In this document: positions 9,117-19,100 of the stretch, piece after piece
Numbering within the stretch: the stretch's first letter is position 1
How the letters are laid out: the number at the start of each line of letters is the position of its first letter
NCBI GenBank assembly: GCA_025463165.1
Contig: JAOBAU010000337.1
Span: forward strand, 1,073-65,072
Source: Acidobacteriota bacterium
GTDB taxonomy: Bacteria > Acidobacteriota > Thermoanaerobaculia > Gp7-AA8
Length of the DNA: 64,000 bases
Reading direction: 5' to 3'
Notes under the pieces: model-generated
Database searches by the model: none
Seen by the model: only the letters and a program-made list of their open reading frames with translations
What the model was told of the DNA's origin: nothing
Translations under genes and position numbers: made by a program

Positions 9117-11387
9117 CTACGGCAACTCGAACGTGACGCTCTCGGCGCCGGGCGCGAGTGGCTCGCGCGGCGCGCCGGCGAACTGCGGCAACGCGAAGAA
9201 GTCGGTGCCGAGCCAGCGACTCAGGAGCTCGTCGGTCGTTGGCCCGAGGATGATTTCGATCGGGCCGGTTTGCGCGATGTCCGAGACGGCGAGCGGCCGC
9301 GCGTTGCGCACGACTGTTTGCATCCGGCGAAGAATCGCGTGCTGCGAAAACGCCGGCGCCGGAATGCGCAGGCCGCCGACGACGATGGCGATGTAGTGGT
9401 TGTCGGTCGAGTTGCCGCCGTGCAGCGCGACCTCGAAATTTCGCCGCTGCGCGTTTGGAAACTGCAGCGTCATCGTTGCGCCGCGCGCGACCGCGGGAGA
9501 GCGGAGAACCCACAGCGGATGCGATTGCGACACGACCGCGAGCGTCTCGTCCGCCTGATGCTCGCGCGCGTAAACGAACGTGCCGTCTGACGAAAGTTCG
9601 GCGTGCTCGGTCTCGACGCCCGAAGGTGAGAACCAGAGGATCGACGCGTTCTCGAACGCGATCGGCGAGACGATCAGCCCGCGTGATCCGCGGAGCGGCA
9701 TCATCTTCACATCGAGTTTTCGATGTTCCGACTTCGTCAGCGAGAACGGCTCGAGATCCTGCTTTTGATAGCCGGGCGCGCTGACGGTGATGCGCAGCTC
9801 GCGCTCGGGCAGCGAGCGAATCACGACCGACGATTCCTCCCCTTTTGCCGACACCGTGTGCGTCACGACCGGACGTCGCGGCAGCAGCTTCGACATGACG
9901 GAGTAGCGAACGGTCGCACCGGGGATTGCGAGTTGCGTGAACGTATCGGTGATGGTCAGCGTCAGCTCGTTGTCCGGAATCTCGATATCGAATCGCTGCG
10001 AGCGCGGCGCGTAACGATCGACGACCACGAACGCGCGCAGCGGATCGTCGCAGGCCGCGATGTTGATGACGTCGTCGGTCGCGAGCATGTGGTCGAGGGC
10101 CGCGCGATAGTTGCTCTTCTCGCGATGCGCGAAGCCGCGGCCGTTTCCCGCAAATCCAAGCGTCGCGTCTTTGCCGAGCGGCTCGCCGCCGAACGTGACG
10201 TCGCCATACACCTGGTCGTAACCGGCGACCAGCCGCAGGTTCTGAATCTGGAACGGCAGCGCGACGACGCCGCTCTCGATCGGCGGCAGGTTTCCGAACT
10301 TCAGCTCCGCGCGATACGTCGCCGGCGGCACACCATCGAGCGTCAAGGTTCCGTACAGCCGATCGGTGGCGAGAGTTTCGTGGCGAATGACCTGACACGA
10401 CGCTGAGTCAACCGTCCGTTCCGGAGGCTGCGGCGAGGGACAGCTGAGCAGCGAGAGCTCGAACTGCGGAGGTTTCGCGTTCGCGCTGTCGCAGTCAGGA
10501 ATGTCGCGACTGAGCTCGATGATGCCGTCATTCGCGCTCCAGTTGACGATGACGGTTGCGGCACCGCGCGCGACGAGCGGCTGCTCGTTGATCGTCACCG
10601 GCTGCGCGGCGACCTTCACTTTTTCTGCGGATGGCAGCCAGCTCCGTCCGGAGAGCTCCAGCTGCTTTTCACCGGCGGTCGCGATTCCGCGCAGCAACAC
10701 GAACGCGCCGTGCATCGTTTCGGGTGGCGGCAACGGTTCCGATTCATCGCCGCCTTTCAACGCGACGTGCGGCGACGCGATGTCGTGTGCGGCCGCGATG
10801 GCTTTGCGATCACTCTCCGGTACGGAGATCCACGTCATCACCGCGCTGCCACCGCCGGCGCGCGCGTCGAGCGATCGTCGTCCGCCCGCTTCGATCGCCG
10901 GCGTCGTGAATACAGCGGCCGGCGTGGAGCGATCGATGACGATCAGCCAGAGCGGCTCGCCAGCTGGAACGGACAAACTCTGCGTGCCGGCAGCGATCGG
11001 AAACGCGCTGCCGCTGCGCGTCGCGTAGACGATTCCGCCGCGGCCCGCGGGCAGCAACGGCGCGAGCGTCGCGGCGGAAGCGAGCGGCAAGGCGATTGCC
11101 GCGGGAGCGGCAGCACCATCGATCAATGTCACCGGCGACAACACGCCGTCCGCTCTCGCGAAAACGTTCCAGAGTCCCGGCGGAAAGGTCAGCGAACCGG
11201 CGGCCACGCACGTCAGTTCCTGCGACGCCAGCCAGCGGCGAAACGGGTTCTCGCCATCGCGCGCCGCGAAGCGGCAAACCTCGCCGCCGGCGAACGGCGC
11301 GCCATCACGCGTCAGGTGAACGGACGTCGCCGCGGCAGCAACATCCGTACAGACGAAGAACAGCAGCAATGCAGCGATTCGTCTCAC
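9117..11387 (-). CDS. Hypothetical secreted protein, 756 aa
   Basis: GTG start, signal peptide MRRIAALLLFFVCTDVAAA. Long ORF with coherent codon usage and no recognisable motif. Confidence 0.6.
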   Translation of the reverse strand: MRRIAALLLFFVCTDVAAAATSVHLTRDGAPFAGGEVCRFAARDGENPFRRWLASQELTCVAAGSLTFPPGLWNVFARADGVLSPVTLIDGAAAPAAIALPLASAATLAPLLPAGRGGIVYATRSGSAFPIAAGTQSLSVPAGEPLWLIVIDRSTPAAVFTTPAIEAGGRRSLDARAGGGSAVMTWISVPESDRKAIAAAHDIASPHVALKGGDESEPLPPPETMHGAFVLLRGIATAGEKQLELSGRSWLPSAEKVKVAAQPVTINEQPLVARGAATVIVNWSANDGIIELSRDIPDCDSANAKPPQFELSLLSCPSPQPPERTVDSASCQVIRHETLATDRLYGTLTLDGVPPATYRAELKFGNLPPIESGVVALPFQIQNLRLVAGYDQVYGDVTFGGEPLGKDATLGFAGNGRGFAHREKSNYRAALDHMLATDDVINIAACDDPLRAFVVVDRYAPRSQRFDIEIPDNELTLTITDTFTQLAIPGATVRYSVMSKLLPRRPVVTHTVSAKGEESSVVIRSLPERELRITVSAPGYQKQDLEPFSLTKSEHRKLDVKMMPLRGSRGLIVSPIAFENASILWFSPSGVETEHAELSSDGTFVYAREHQADETLAVVSQSHPLWVLRSPAVARGATMTLQFPNAQRRNFEVALHGGNSTDNHYIAIVVGGLRIPAPAFSQHAILRRMQTVVRNARPLAVSDIAQTGPIEIILGPTTDELLSRWLGTDFFALPQFAGAPREPLAPGAESVTFELP

Positions 11388-11425
11388 GCGCTGACTATAC
11401 GATTCGCGCGCGCGAAACGTTCCGC

Positions 11426-12043
11426 TCAGTGCTCCGGCGCCGTGCCCCAGATCTCCGTCAACCGCTGATCGCGGCCACAGTTGAATCTGTAGAACTTGTA
11501 CCGAACCGGATTCTTCTTGTAGTAGTCCTGGTGGTACTCCTCGGCTGGCCAGAATCGCGACGCCGCCACGATCTGCGTGGCGATCTTCTTCCCGAACTTC
11601 GCCTCGAGAGCTCGCTTCGATTCATCGGCGAGCCGCTTCTGCTCCGCGTCGTGCGTGAAGATCGCCGTGCGGTATTGCGCGCCGTGATCGCAGAACTGAA
11701 AGTTCACCGCGAACGGATCGACGTTGTGCCAGTAGATGTCGAGCAACTTCGCATACGAGACCTTCGCCGGGTCGTACGTGACTTCGACCGACTCCGCGTG
11801 ACCGGTGCCGCCTGCCGATACCTGTTCATACGACGGCTCCGGTTTCGGTCCGCCGGCATAACCGGAGACGACGCTGACGACGCCGGGCAGCCGCTCGAAC
11901 GGCGGCTCCATGCACCAGAAGCAGCCGCCGGCGAACGTCGCTTTCGCGAGCGCTGCCTTCGCCGCCGGTGCAGCGGGCGGTTGCGCTTTCGCGCAGAAGA
12001 CGGTGGCGAGGATGAGCAGGACCAGCGAGAAGCGTGTCTTCAT
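11426..12043 (-). CDS. msrA: Peptide methionine sulfoxide reductase MsrA (secreted form)
   Basis: GGCFWC active-site motif and HAESVEVTYDP… conservation. Signal peptide MKTRFSLVLLILATVFCAKA. ATG at 12043 preferred over TTG at 12055. Confidence 0.9.
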   Translation of the reverse strand: MKTRFSLVLLILATVFCAKAQPPAAPAAKAALAKATFAGGCFWCMEPPFERLPGVVSVVSGYAGGPKPEPSYEQVSAGGTGHAESVEVTYDPAKVSYAKLLDIYWHNVDPFAVNFQFCDHGAQYRTAIFTHDAEQKRLADESKRALEAKFGKKIATQIVAASRFWPAEEYHQDYYKKNPVRYKFYRFNCGRDQRLTEIWGTAPEH

Positions 12044-12085
12044 GTCGGAGCGCAACGCGGTCGTTTCGCTCTTTGTTTCGATGCG

Positions 12086-13462
12086 TCAGCGCGGCAGCAA
12101 ATGCTTCTGCACCTTCCCAAGCGCCGTCCGCGGGATCGAATCAACGCGGGCGAATCGGCGCGGCACTTTGAATGATGCGAGCTCGGCGCGGCAGATGCGC
12201 TCCAGCTCTGCTTCATCGAAGTCGCCGACGAGAAATGCGATCGGCACTTCGCCGCGCAGCTCGTCGGCGACTCCGGTGACGGCGGCTTCGCGTACGCCGG
12301 CTTGTTCGAGGAGCAGCTCTTCGATCTCGCGCGGATAGATGTTGAATCCGCCGGAGATGATCAGATCGCCGCGGCGGCCGAGGAGCGTGTAATAGCCGTC
12401 GGTGGAACGTTCGGCGAGATCGCCGGTGCGGAAGAAACCGTCTTCCGTGAACGATGCAGCGGTTGCTTCGGGACGGCGCCAGTAGCCGGCGAAGACGTTC
12501 GCTCCTTTCACTTCGAGCTCGCCATCGACGATGCGCGCGGCGATGCCGGGCAGCGGAAAGCCGACGGTGCCGGGACGCCGCTCGCCAACGTATGGATTGC
12601 TGAGATTCATGAACGTCTCGGTCATTCCGTAGCGTTCGAGAATGGCGTGACCGAACCGCTCGCGGAACTGCTCGAAGACGCGGGCGGGCAGCGGCGCGGA
12701 GCCGGAGACGAAAAGTCGCATCGTCGCGCCGATCGCGCGTGCCGCCTCAATCGGTGTCTCGAGCAGCCGGACATAGATCGTCGGCACGCCGAAAAAAAGC
12801 GTCGGCTGAAACTCGAGGAGCTCGTCGATGGCCGATCGATGATCGAAGCGTTCCAGCAGACGCAGGCGACAGCCGCTGATGAGCCATGTGTGCAAGCCGT
12901 TGCCGAGCGCGTGGATGTGAAAGAGCGGCAGCGCGAGCAGGAAACGATCGCGCTCGCCGATCTGCCACGCGGCGAGCAGGTTCACGGCATTCGCCGCGAA
13001 GTTGTCGTGCGTCAGCACCGCTCCTTTCGACGCGCCGGTCGTGCCGGACGTGTAGATGATCGCGGCCGGCGTCGGACCATCGAGCGATTCGCTCGGCCGC
13101 GAATCATCGGCGTGCGCAGCCTCATCCATCAGCGCCGGCAGCGACTGTTCATCGATCAGCACGCGCGGCTCCGCATCGCCGGTGATGTGCGCGATCTCGC
13201 GATCGCGATAAAGAATGTTGATCGGCACGAAGATGACGCCGAGCTTCACGCACGCGAGATAGATGTCGATCAGCTCGACGCGATTCGCGAGATAAACGCA
13301 GAGCCGATCGCCTTTGACGAAACCACGCGCGCGCAATGCGTTCGCGACGCGGTTGCTGCGCGATTCCAGCTCGCCGAACGTGAACGTGGTGCCGTTCCAT
13401 TCGAGCGCCGGCTCGTCGCAGCGCGCGATCAGCGAGAGGTCGAAGAGATGGAGCAGATGCAT
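12086..13462 (-). CDS. AMP-dependent synthetase/ligase (acyl-CoA or malonyl-CoA synthetase-like)
   Basis: AMP-binding motif IIYTSGTTGASKGAVLTH, plus YGMTE and GDL…DGY…GR motifs. ATG at 13462 (MHLLHLFDL). Confidence 0.85.
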   Translation of the reverse strand: MHLLHLFDLSLIARCDEPALEWNGTTFTFGELESRSNRVANALRARGFVKGDRLCVYLANRVELIDIYLACVKLGVIFVPINILYRDREIAHITGDAEPRVLIDEQSLPALMDEAAHADDSRPSESLDGPTPAAIIYTSGTTGASKGAVLTHDNFAANAVNLLAAWQIGERDRFLLALPLFHIHALGNGLHTWLISGCRLRLLERFDHRSAIDELLEFQPTLFFGVPTIYVRLLETPIEAARAIGATMRLFVSGSAPLPARVFEQFRERFGHAILERYGMTETFMNLSNPYVGERRPGTVGFPLPGIAARIVDGELEVKGANVFAGYWRRPEATAASFTEDGFFRTGDLAERSTDGYYTLLGRRGDLIISGGFNIYPREIEELLLEQAGVREAAVTGVADELRGEVPIAFLVGDFDEAELERICRAELASFKVPRRFARVDSIPRTALGKVQKHLLPR

Positions 13463-13511
13463 GCGCGAATCATCGCGCATGCACGACGGCTGTGGCATTC
13501 TCGTTTCCGCA

Positions 13512-13907
13512 ATGCGCGGGCCGTGCCGGTGGTGCAAAGGGGATGTGAGCGGACGCAGGCGGACGTTCTGTTCGGACGCGTGCGTTCACGAATGGCGGCT
13601 GCGCTCGAGCGGCTCGTATCTGCGCGAGTGCATCTTCGAGCGCGATCGCGGCATCTGCGCCATCTGCCGCATCGACACGGTTGCGCTGCGCCGCCGCATC
13701 CTGCGACTTCCCTTCGGACGGCGCATCATCGAGATGAAAGCGCTGCGCATCGTGAAGGGACGCAAGAGCTGGTGGGAAGCGGATCACATCGTGCCGGTCG
13801 TCGAAGGCGGCGATTCGAACCTCGACAACATCCGCACGCTGTGCGTGACCTGTCATCGCAACGTCACTGCTGAGTTGCGCGAGCGGCGGCTTCACTCCAC
13901 GCGATAG
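13512..13907 (+). CDS. HNH endonuclease (small, stand-alone)
   Basis: MRGPCRWCKG…CAICR…ADHIVPVVEGGDSNLDNIRTLCVTCH matches the HNH Cys/His and DH…N motifs. The start is uncertain (13479 or 13512). The 3' end overlaps the pbpC 3' end on the other strand. Confidence 0.7.
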   Translation: MRGPCRWCKGDVSGRRRTFCSDACVHEWRLRSSGSYLRECIFERDRGICAICRIDTVALRRRILRLPFGRRIIEMKALRIVKGRKSWWEADHIVPVVEGGDSNLDNIRTLCVTCHRNVTAELRERRLHSTR

Positions 13908-16186
13908 CGAATGCTGTCGCTGCGTCCGCCGTCGTCGACGACGACCAGCTGATGCGTGCCGCGTTTCGGCCGCAGAAACATCCGCTGCGATGGCACACCG
14001 GACGCGACGAGCACGCCGTCATCGAACCAGAAGAGTTGCGCGGCGTCGTTGGTCTGCGCGGTGAGCAGAATCTCCTGGAACTCGAGCGGCGCATCGCGGC
14101 GCAGGCGATACGGCGTCGCGCCATCGGGTGAAACGATTTTCGGCGGCGCATCCGTGGCGACGTCGCTGCATCGCTTCGCGAGCGGCGGCAGCGCTTCGAA
14201 CGGCTGCTCCTGCGCGCGCCACCACGCCACGAGCTCCGGCGGCTGCATTGTGACGATAATCGTCCGATGCGCGGTTTGCGCAACGCAATCGCCGGCCAGG
14301 CGTTCGCCGCTCTTCGCGTCGACGAGCACGGCGCGATGCAGCTCGCACGCGTGAAGGTGCGTCCGATCGGGGATGTATTCGACGCGCGTTCGCTCGCGAC
14401 AGAACTCGGTCGGCAGCTGATGGCTGATCGCACAAACCTCGATCGTCGAGATGCCGAGGCCGTCGGGACGGCGGAGATGGGCATCGCCTTCGATGGCGCG
14501 GAAGAGATCGAAGAGCAGCGGCGCGGCGAACTCGGAGCCCGACATTCCTTTCTGTCCGTGACCGTCGAAGTTGCCGGCCCAGACGCCGATCGCGTATCGC
14601 TCGGAAAATCCGACGCTCCACGCATCGCGATGTCCATACGACGTGCCGGTCTTCCACGCCACCGCCGGCATCTCCCGCGCCAGCTGCCACGCACGCGGCA
14701 TGTCCGGTCTCTTCACCTCGGCGAGGATGTCGGTCACGAGCGCGGTCGCCTCGCGCGAAAAGATTCGTGTGGGTTGTGTTTGTGCGCGGCGCAGCACGGT
14801 CGCCGGCCGATGCAGTCCGCCCTCAGCGAGCGTCGCGTAAAAATTCGTCAGGTCGACGAGCCGCACTTCACCCGCGCCGAGAATCAACGGCAATCCGTAA
14901 CGCGACGGATCGCGATCGATCGACGTCAGCCCACCGCGGCGCAGCAGCTTCACGAATTCTTCGACGCGCTCGCTCTGCAGCACGCGCACGGCCGGCGCAT
15001 TCAGCGATTGCACGAGCGCGTCGCGAACGGACACGCGTCCGCGATAGGTGCCGTCGTAGTTCTCGGGAACGTAGCCAGCGTAGTCGGTCGGGATATCGAG
15101 CAGATACGAATCGGGGATCAGCAGTCCGTCATCGAACGCCTTCGCGTAGAGGAACGGCTTGAGCGTCGAGCCGGGCGAGCGTCGCGCGGCGGCGCCATTG
15201 ACCTGTCCCTGACGCGCCGCCTCGAAGAATGACGCCGAGCCGACCATCGCCACGACTTCTCGCGTCCGGTTGTCGATAACGACGACCGCCGTCTGTCCGA
15301 CGCCGAACGCGCGCAGCGACGCGATGCGCGACGCCACCTGCTGTTCGGCGAGCCGCTGCACGCGGCGATCGAGCGTCGTGTAAACGCGCGCGCGGTCCCT
15401 CGCCTGCTGCACGGCGTAGTCGCAAAAGTGCGGCGCGATGAACGGCGGCTTGCGGCGTTCGATCGGCAGCGGCTGGCGCATCGCCTGTTCGATTTGTGCG
15501 GAGGAGAACGCGCCGCGATCGCGCAGCTGGCGAAGGACGCGGTCGCGTGCGCGCGTCGCGGTGACGTGATCGCGCAACGGATCGTAGCGATTGGGCGAGC
15601 GCGGAAGCGTCGTCAGAAACGCGATCTCGCCGAGCGAAAGTTGCGCCGGCGGCTTGCCGAAGTAGAGATACGCGGCCGCGCCGATCCCTTCGATGTTTGC
15701 GCCGTACGGCGCCATGTTCACGTACGCCTCGAGCAGCTCGCGGCGCGTGTGATGATGCACGAGCTGCAGCGCGCGAAATGCTTCGAGCAATTTCCCGCCG
15801 ACGGTGCGCGACTTCGGCTGCGACATCCGCGCGAGCTGCATCGGAATCGTCGACGCGCCGCTGACGATGCGACCCGCGCGAAGGTTGGAGATCGCCGCGC
15901 GGCCGATGGCGATCGGATTCACGCCGGGGTGCCGCCAGAACCACTGATCCTCCGACACGACCAGCGCGCGGATGAGCTCCGGCGGCAGCTCCTCGAGCGA
16001 CACCGGAATCCGCATCTTGTGATCGGCCGGCAGGATCATCCGAATCGGCTCACCGTCACGATCGAAGACGACCGTGGCCGGCGGCCGATGCAGCCGCGCT
16101 TCGGGAAATGGCGCGAAGAAATCGACGATCGCGAAGAGAAGAAAAGGAAGGACGATCGCCGCAACGACGATGACGAGCCTCTTCAT
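13892..16186 (-). CDS. pbpC: Penicillin-binding protein 1C (bifunctional transglycosylase/transpeptidase)
   Basis: ATG MKRLVIVVAAIVLPF with signal anchor. GT51 motifs EDQWFWRHPGVNP and GASTIPMQLAR, transpeptidase STLKPF. Conserved pairing with A2M. Confidence 0.85.
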   Translation of the reverse strand: MKRLVIVVAAIVLPFLLFAIVDFFAPFPEARLHRPPATVVFDRDGEPIRMILPADHKMRIPVSLEELPPELIRALVVSEDQWFWRHPGVNPIAIGRAAISNLRAGRIVSGASTIPMQLARMSQPKSRTVGGKLLEAFRALQLVHHHTRRELLEAYVNMAPYGANIEGIGAAAYLYFGKPPAQLSLGEIAFLTTLPRSPNRYDPLRDHVTATRARDRVLRQLRDRGAFSSAQIEQAMRQPLPIERRKPPFIAPHFCDYAVQQARDRARVYTTLDRRVQRLAEQQVASRIASLRAFGVGQTAVVVIDNRTREVVAMVGSASFFEAARQGQVNGAAARRSPGSTLKPFLYAKAFDDGLLIPDSYLLDIPTDYAGYVPENYDGTYRGRVSVRDALVQSLNAPAVRVLQSERVEEFVKLLRRGGLTSIDRDPSRYGLPLILGAGEVRLVDLTNFYATLAEGGLHRPATVLRRAQTQPTRIFSREATALVTDILAEVKRPDMPRAWQLAREMPAVAWKTGTSYGHRDAWSVGFSERYAIGVWAGNFDGHGQKGMSGSEFAAPLLFDLFRAIEGDAHLRRPDGLGISTIEVCAISHQLPTEFCRERTRVEYIPDRTHLHACELHRAVLVDAKSGERLAGDCVAQTAHRTIIVTMQPPELVAWWRAQEQPFEALPPLAKRCSDVATDAPPKIVSPDGATPYRLRRDAPLEFQEILLTAQTNDAAQLFWFDDGVLVASGVPSQRMFLRPKRGTHQLVVVDDGGRSDSIRYRVE

Positions 16187-19100
16187 CGCTTCCTCACAAT
16201 GAACACGCCTCTCTCCCCCACCGCATGATTGGCGCGCGCATACATCGCCTCGGCGAACAGCGGCTGCTGCTGAAACACGCCCGGTGTCACGGCGCGCAGC
16301 AGCGTATAGAACGTCAGCGCACCGGAGGCGGGAAGCTCGACGAAGTACAGCACCTGATCGTCGCGGATGTCGACGTTCGTGCACTCGCTGCCGTCGGTCA
16401 TCCACGGTAGTTTCTCCGTCGTCTTCAGCCGGGGATTCTCAACTTCCAGTCCGGCGGGGATGAGGTTCTGCACGACGACGTTGTCGAGCCGGCCGTTGAG
16501 ACTCTCGATCTTCATCGTGCAGATGAGCAGCTCGCCCTGCGTCACGCCGGTCGGATCGATCGGACTTCCATCACGCGTGTGCAGCTCGCGCGTGACGCGA
16601 ATGCCGGACGACTCCGGTTTGAATGCGGCCGCGGTCTTCACGCCGCGCGCGTCGAGCGAATAGAACGCGGCGCCGGACGTGTACGCGCCGTTCATCTTCA
16701 CGCGGATCGTTCCTTCACCTTGGATGTTGCGGAAGACAGCGGTGCGATTCTCGAACGTGCCGATGAGACGGTTGTCGAGGAAGACGGCACCGGAGTACGG
16801 CGGCATCGCTTTCTGATGTTTGATGAACTGGCCGAGCGCGAGCAGCGCGAACGCCGATTCCTGCGTCGTCCAGTACGGTTGCGCGGCATCGCGAGCGAGG
16901 CGCTCGACGAGCGGCGCGATGCGCGCGTCGTTCGGCGATGCGTCGAGGATCGCGAGCAGCAACATCGCCCGATTGCGGATCGCGGAGTCGAGGTTGTTGC
17001 CGGTGGTGCGCGCGACGTCATCGACGTCATGCAGTCCGCTGAGCAGCGTTTGAATGGCGACCGGATTGCCGACCGTCGCATACGCGGCGGCGAGCAGCGC
17101 GCGTCCTTCCGGATGAAGGTCGGACGCGTGATGCGCGCGGAGGAAATCCATGGTGCCGAGGTCCGGCTTGCCGGCGCGAGCGAGGATGTAGAGCTCGTAG
17201 ACGACGCGCTCCAGATCGAGCTCGTCGTAGTCGGATCGCGCCTTCGCATCGTTCGCGATGAACGCGAGCGCACGATCGTAGATCGGCGAGTCGACCGGAT
17301 GTCCGGCCCGGCGCGCCTCGACGAGGAAATGCGTCGCGTACGCGCTTCCCCACGGATAAACGTTCTGGCCGTACGGCCACATTGAAAAGCCGCCGGAGTA
17401 CGTCTGCATCGTGGCGAGTCGGCGAATTCCTTCGTGCACCATCGCGGTCGATTCGTTGTTGCGGAACGCGTCGGGATCGAGCTCCTTCGCGAGGTCGCTG
17501 AAGTAGATGAGCGGGAACACGCTCGACGTCGTTTGCTCGACGCAGCCGTACGGATAGTGCAGCAGATACTTCAGCTTTCCGCGGAAGCGGACGATCGGCA
17601 GCGGACTGACGACGAGTGTCCGTTCGACCGAGCCGGGAACGAACGGCTTCACGAGCTCGGGACGGAACGTCGCCGCGTTTTCCGTGAACGGTCCGGCCAC
17701 TTCGACAGTTTCGAGCGGCAGATCCCAGCGAACCGGCACGTCGAATTTCGCGGACGACTTTTCCCCGTTGCCTGACGCGGTTGCGGTGAAGACGATCTCT
17801 CCCGGCTGATGCGGCGCAGTCAGCGTGAAGTAGGCGGTCTTCTCAGTGGCGTTCGGAAGGTCAAGTTGTTGACGAACGGCTCCCGTCAGTTCGACGCTGA
17901 AGCGTCCGGCGCGGCCGGTGTCGTTGCGAACGGTGATCGGAATCGACACCTGATCGCCGACGCTGAGGAAGCGCGGCACGGTCGGCAGCAGCGTGATCGG
18001 ATCGTGGACGCGCACCATCGCTTCGCTGCTGCCGAAGCGGCGGCCGCGATGGACGACAGCCATCACGCGAATGCCTCCCTGAAAATCGGGGATCGCGAAC
18101 TCGGTGTGCACGCGGCCGTTCGCGTCGGCCTTCAGCGGTCCGGACCAGTACGAGACCGGCTTCGCGCGGCGGATCGAATCGGCGCGCACGTATTGCGCCT
18201 GCCCTTCTCCGCTCTCGCTGCCGCCGGCTGCCGCTTTCCCTTTCGGTTTCACCTCGGGGAGGAGCTGCGCGAAGATGTCGTATGTCGACGTGCCGAGGGC
18301 GAGCTTGCGATAGAACCATGAGAACGGATCGGCGGTCTTCTGCGCGATCAGTTGCAGGATTCCTTCGTCGACCGCGGCGATGGTGACGATGGCGCCCGGC
18401 TCGGCGGTGACGTCGATCGGCAGCGTGCGATTGGCGCGCAGTTCGGCCGGTGCTTTGATCGCGGGCGCGACGCGGTTCGCCGTGCGATCGACGTTGATCG
18501 GGATCGCGCCGAATGCGCGTCCCGCTTCGCCCGGCTCGAGATCGCCGGCGGTGCGAACGAGCGTCGCGGTGACGTAGCCGTTCGGACGGAGATCGGCGGT
18601 GATCGGGATGGAGATCTTCGCGCTGTTGCCGGCCAGCGTTTCGATGGAGATGTAGTGGATGCGATCGCGTTCGAGCGTGATCAGCAGCTTGCCGGCGAAC
18701 GGCGCCTTCACCTGCACGATCGCCGTGTCGCCCGGCGCGTACTCGTCCTTATCGAGCTCGAGCTGCAGGCGGCCGGGATTCTTCATCGCCCACGGCGAGT
18801 AGCCGCGGCCGCTCGCGTAGAACTCGACTTCTGCCGATGCGCCGGTCGCCGCGTCGGTGATGACGACGCGATACGAGCCGTATTCGCGCGGCGTGAAGAC
18901 GAACGAGCCGTGCGTCAGTCCGGCGGCGAGCGATTTCACCGCGACCTGCCGCGTCTCGCGCGTCGTCACGTAATCGTACGAACCGCTGCTCGAGCGGCGG
19001 AGCAGACAGTGCCAGCGATCTTCCATCAGCTCGGCGCGCAGCGTTCCGGCCGGCGACGGTTTTTCATCGTGGCCGACCGCGACCCACTCGAACGTTACGG

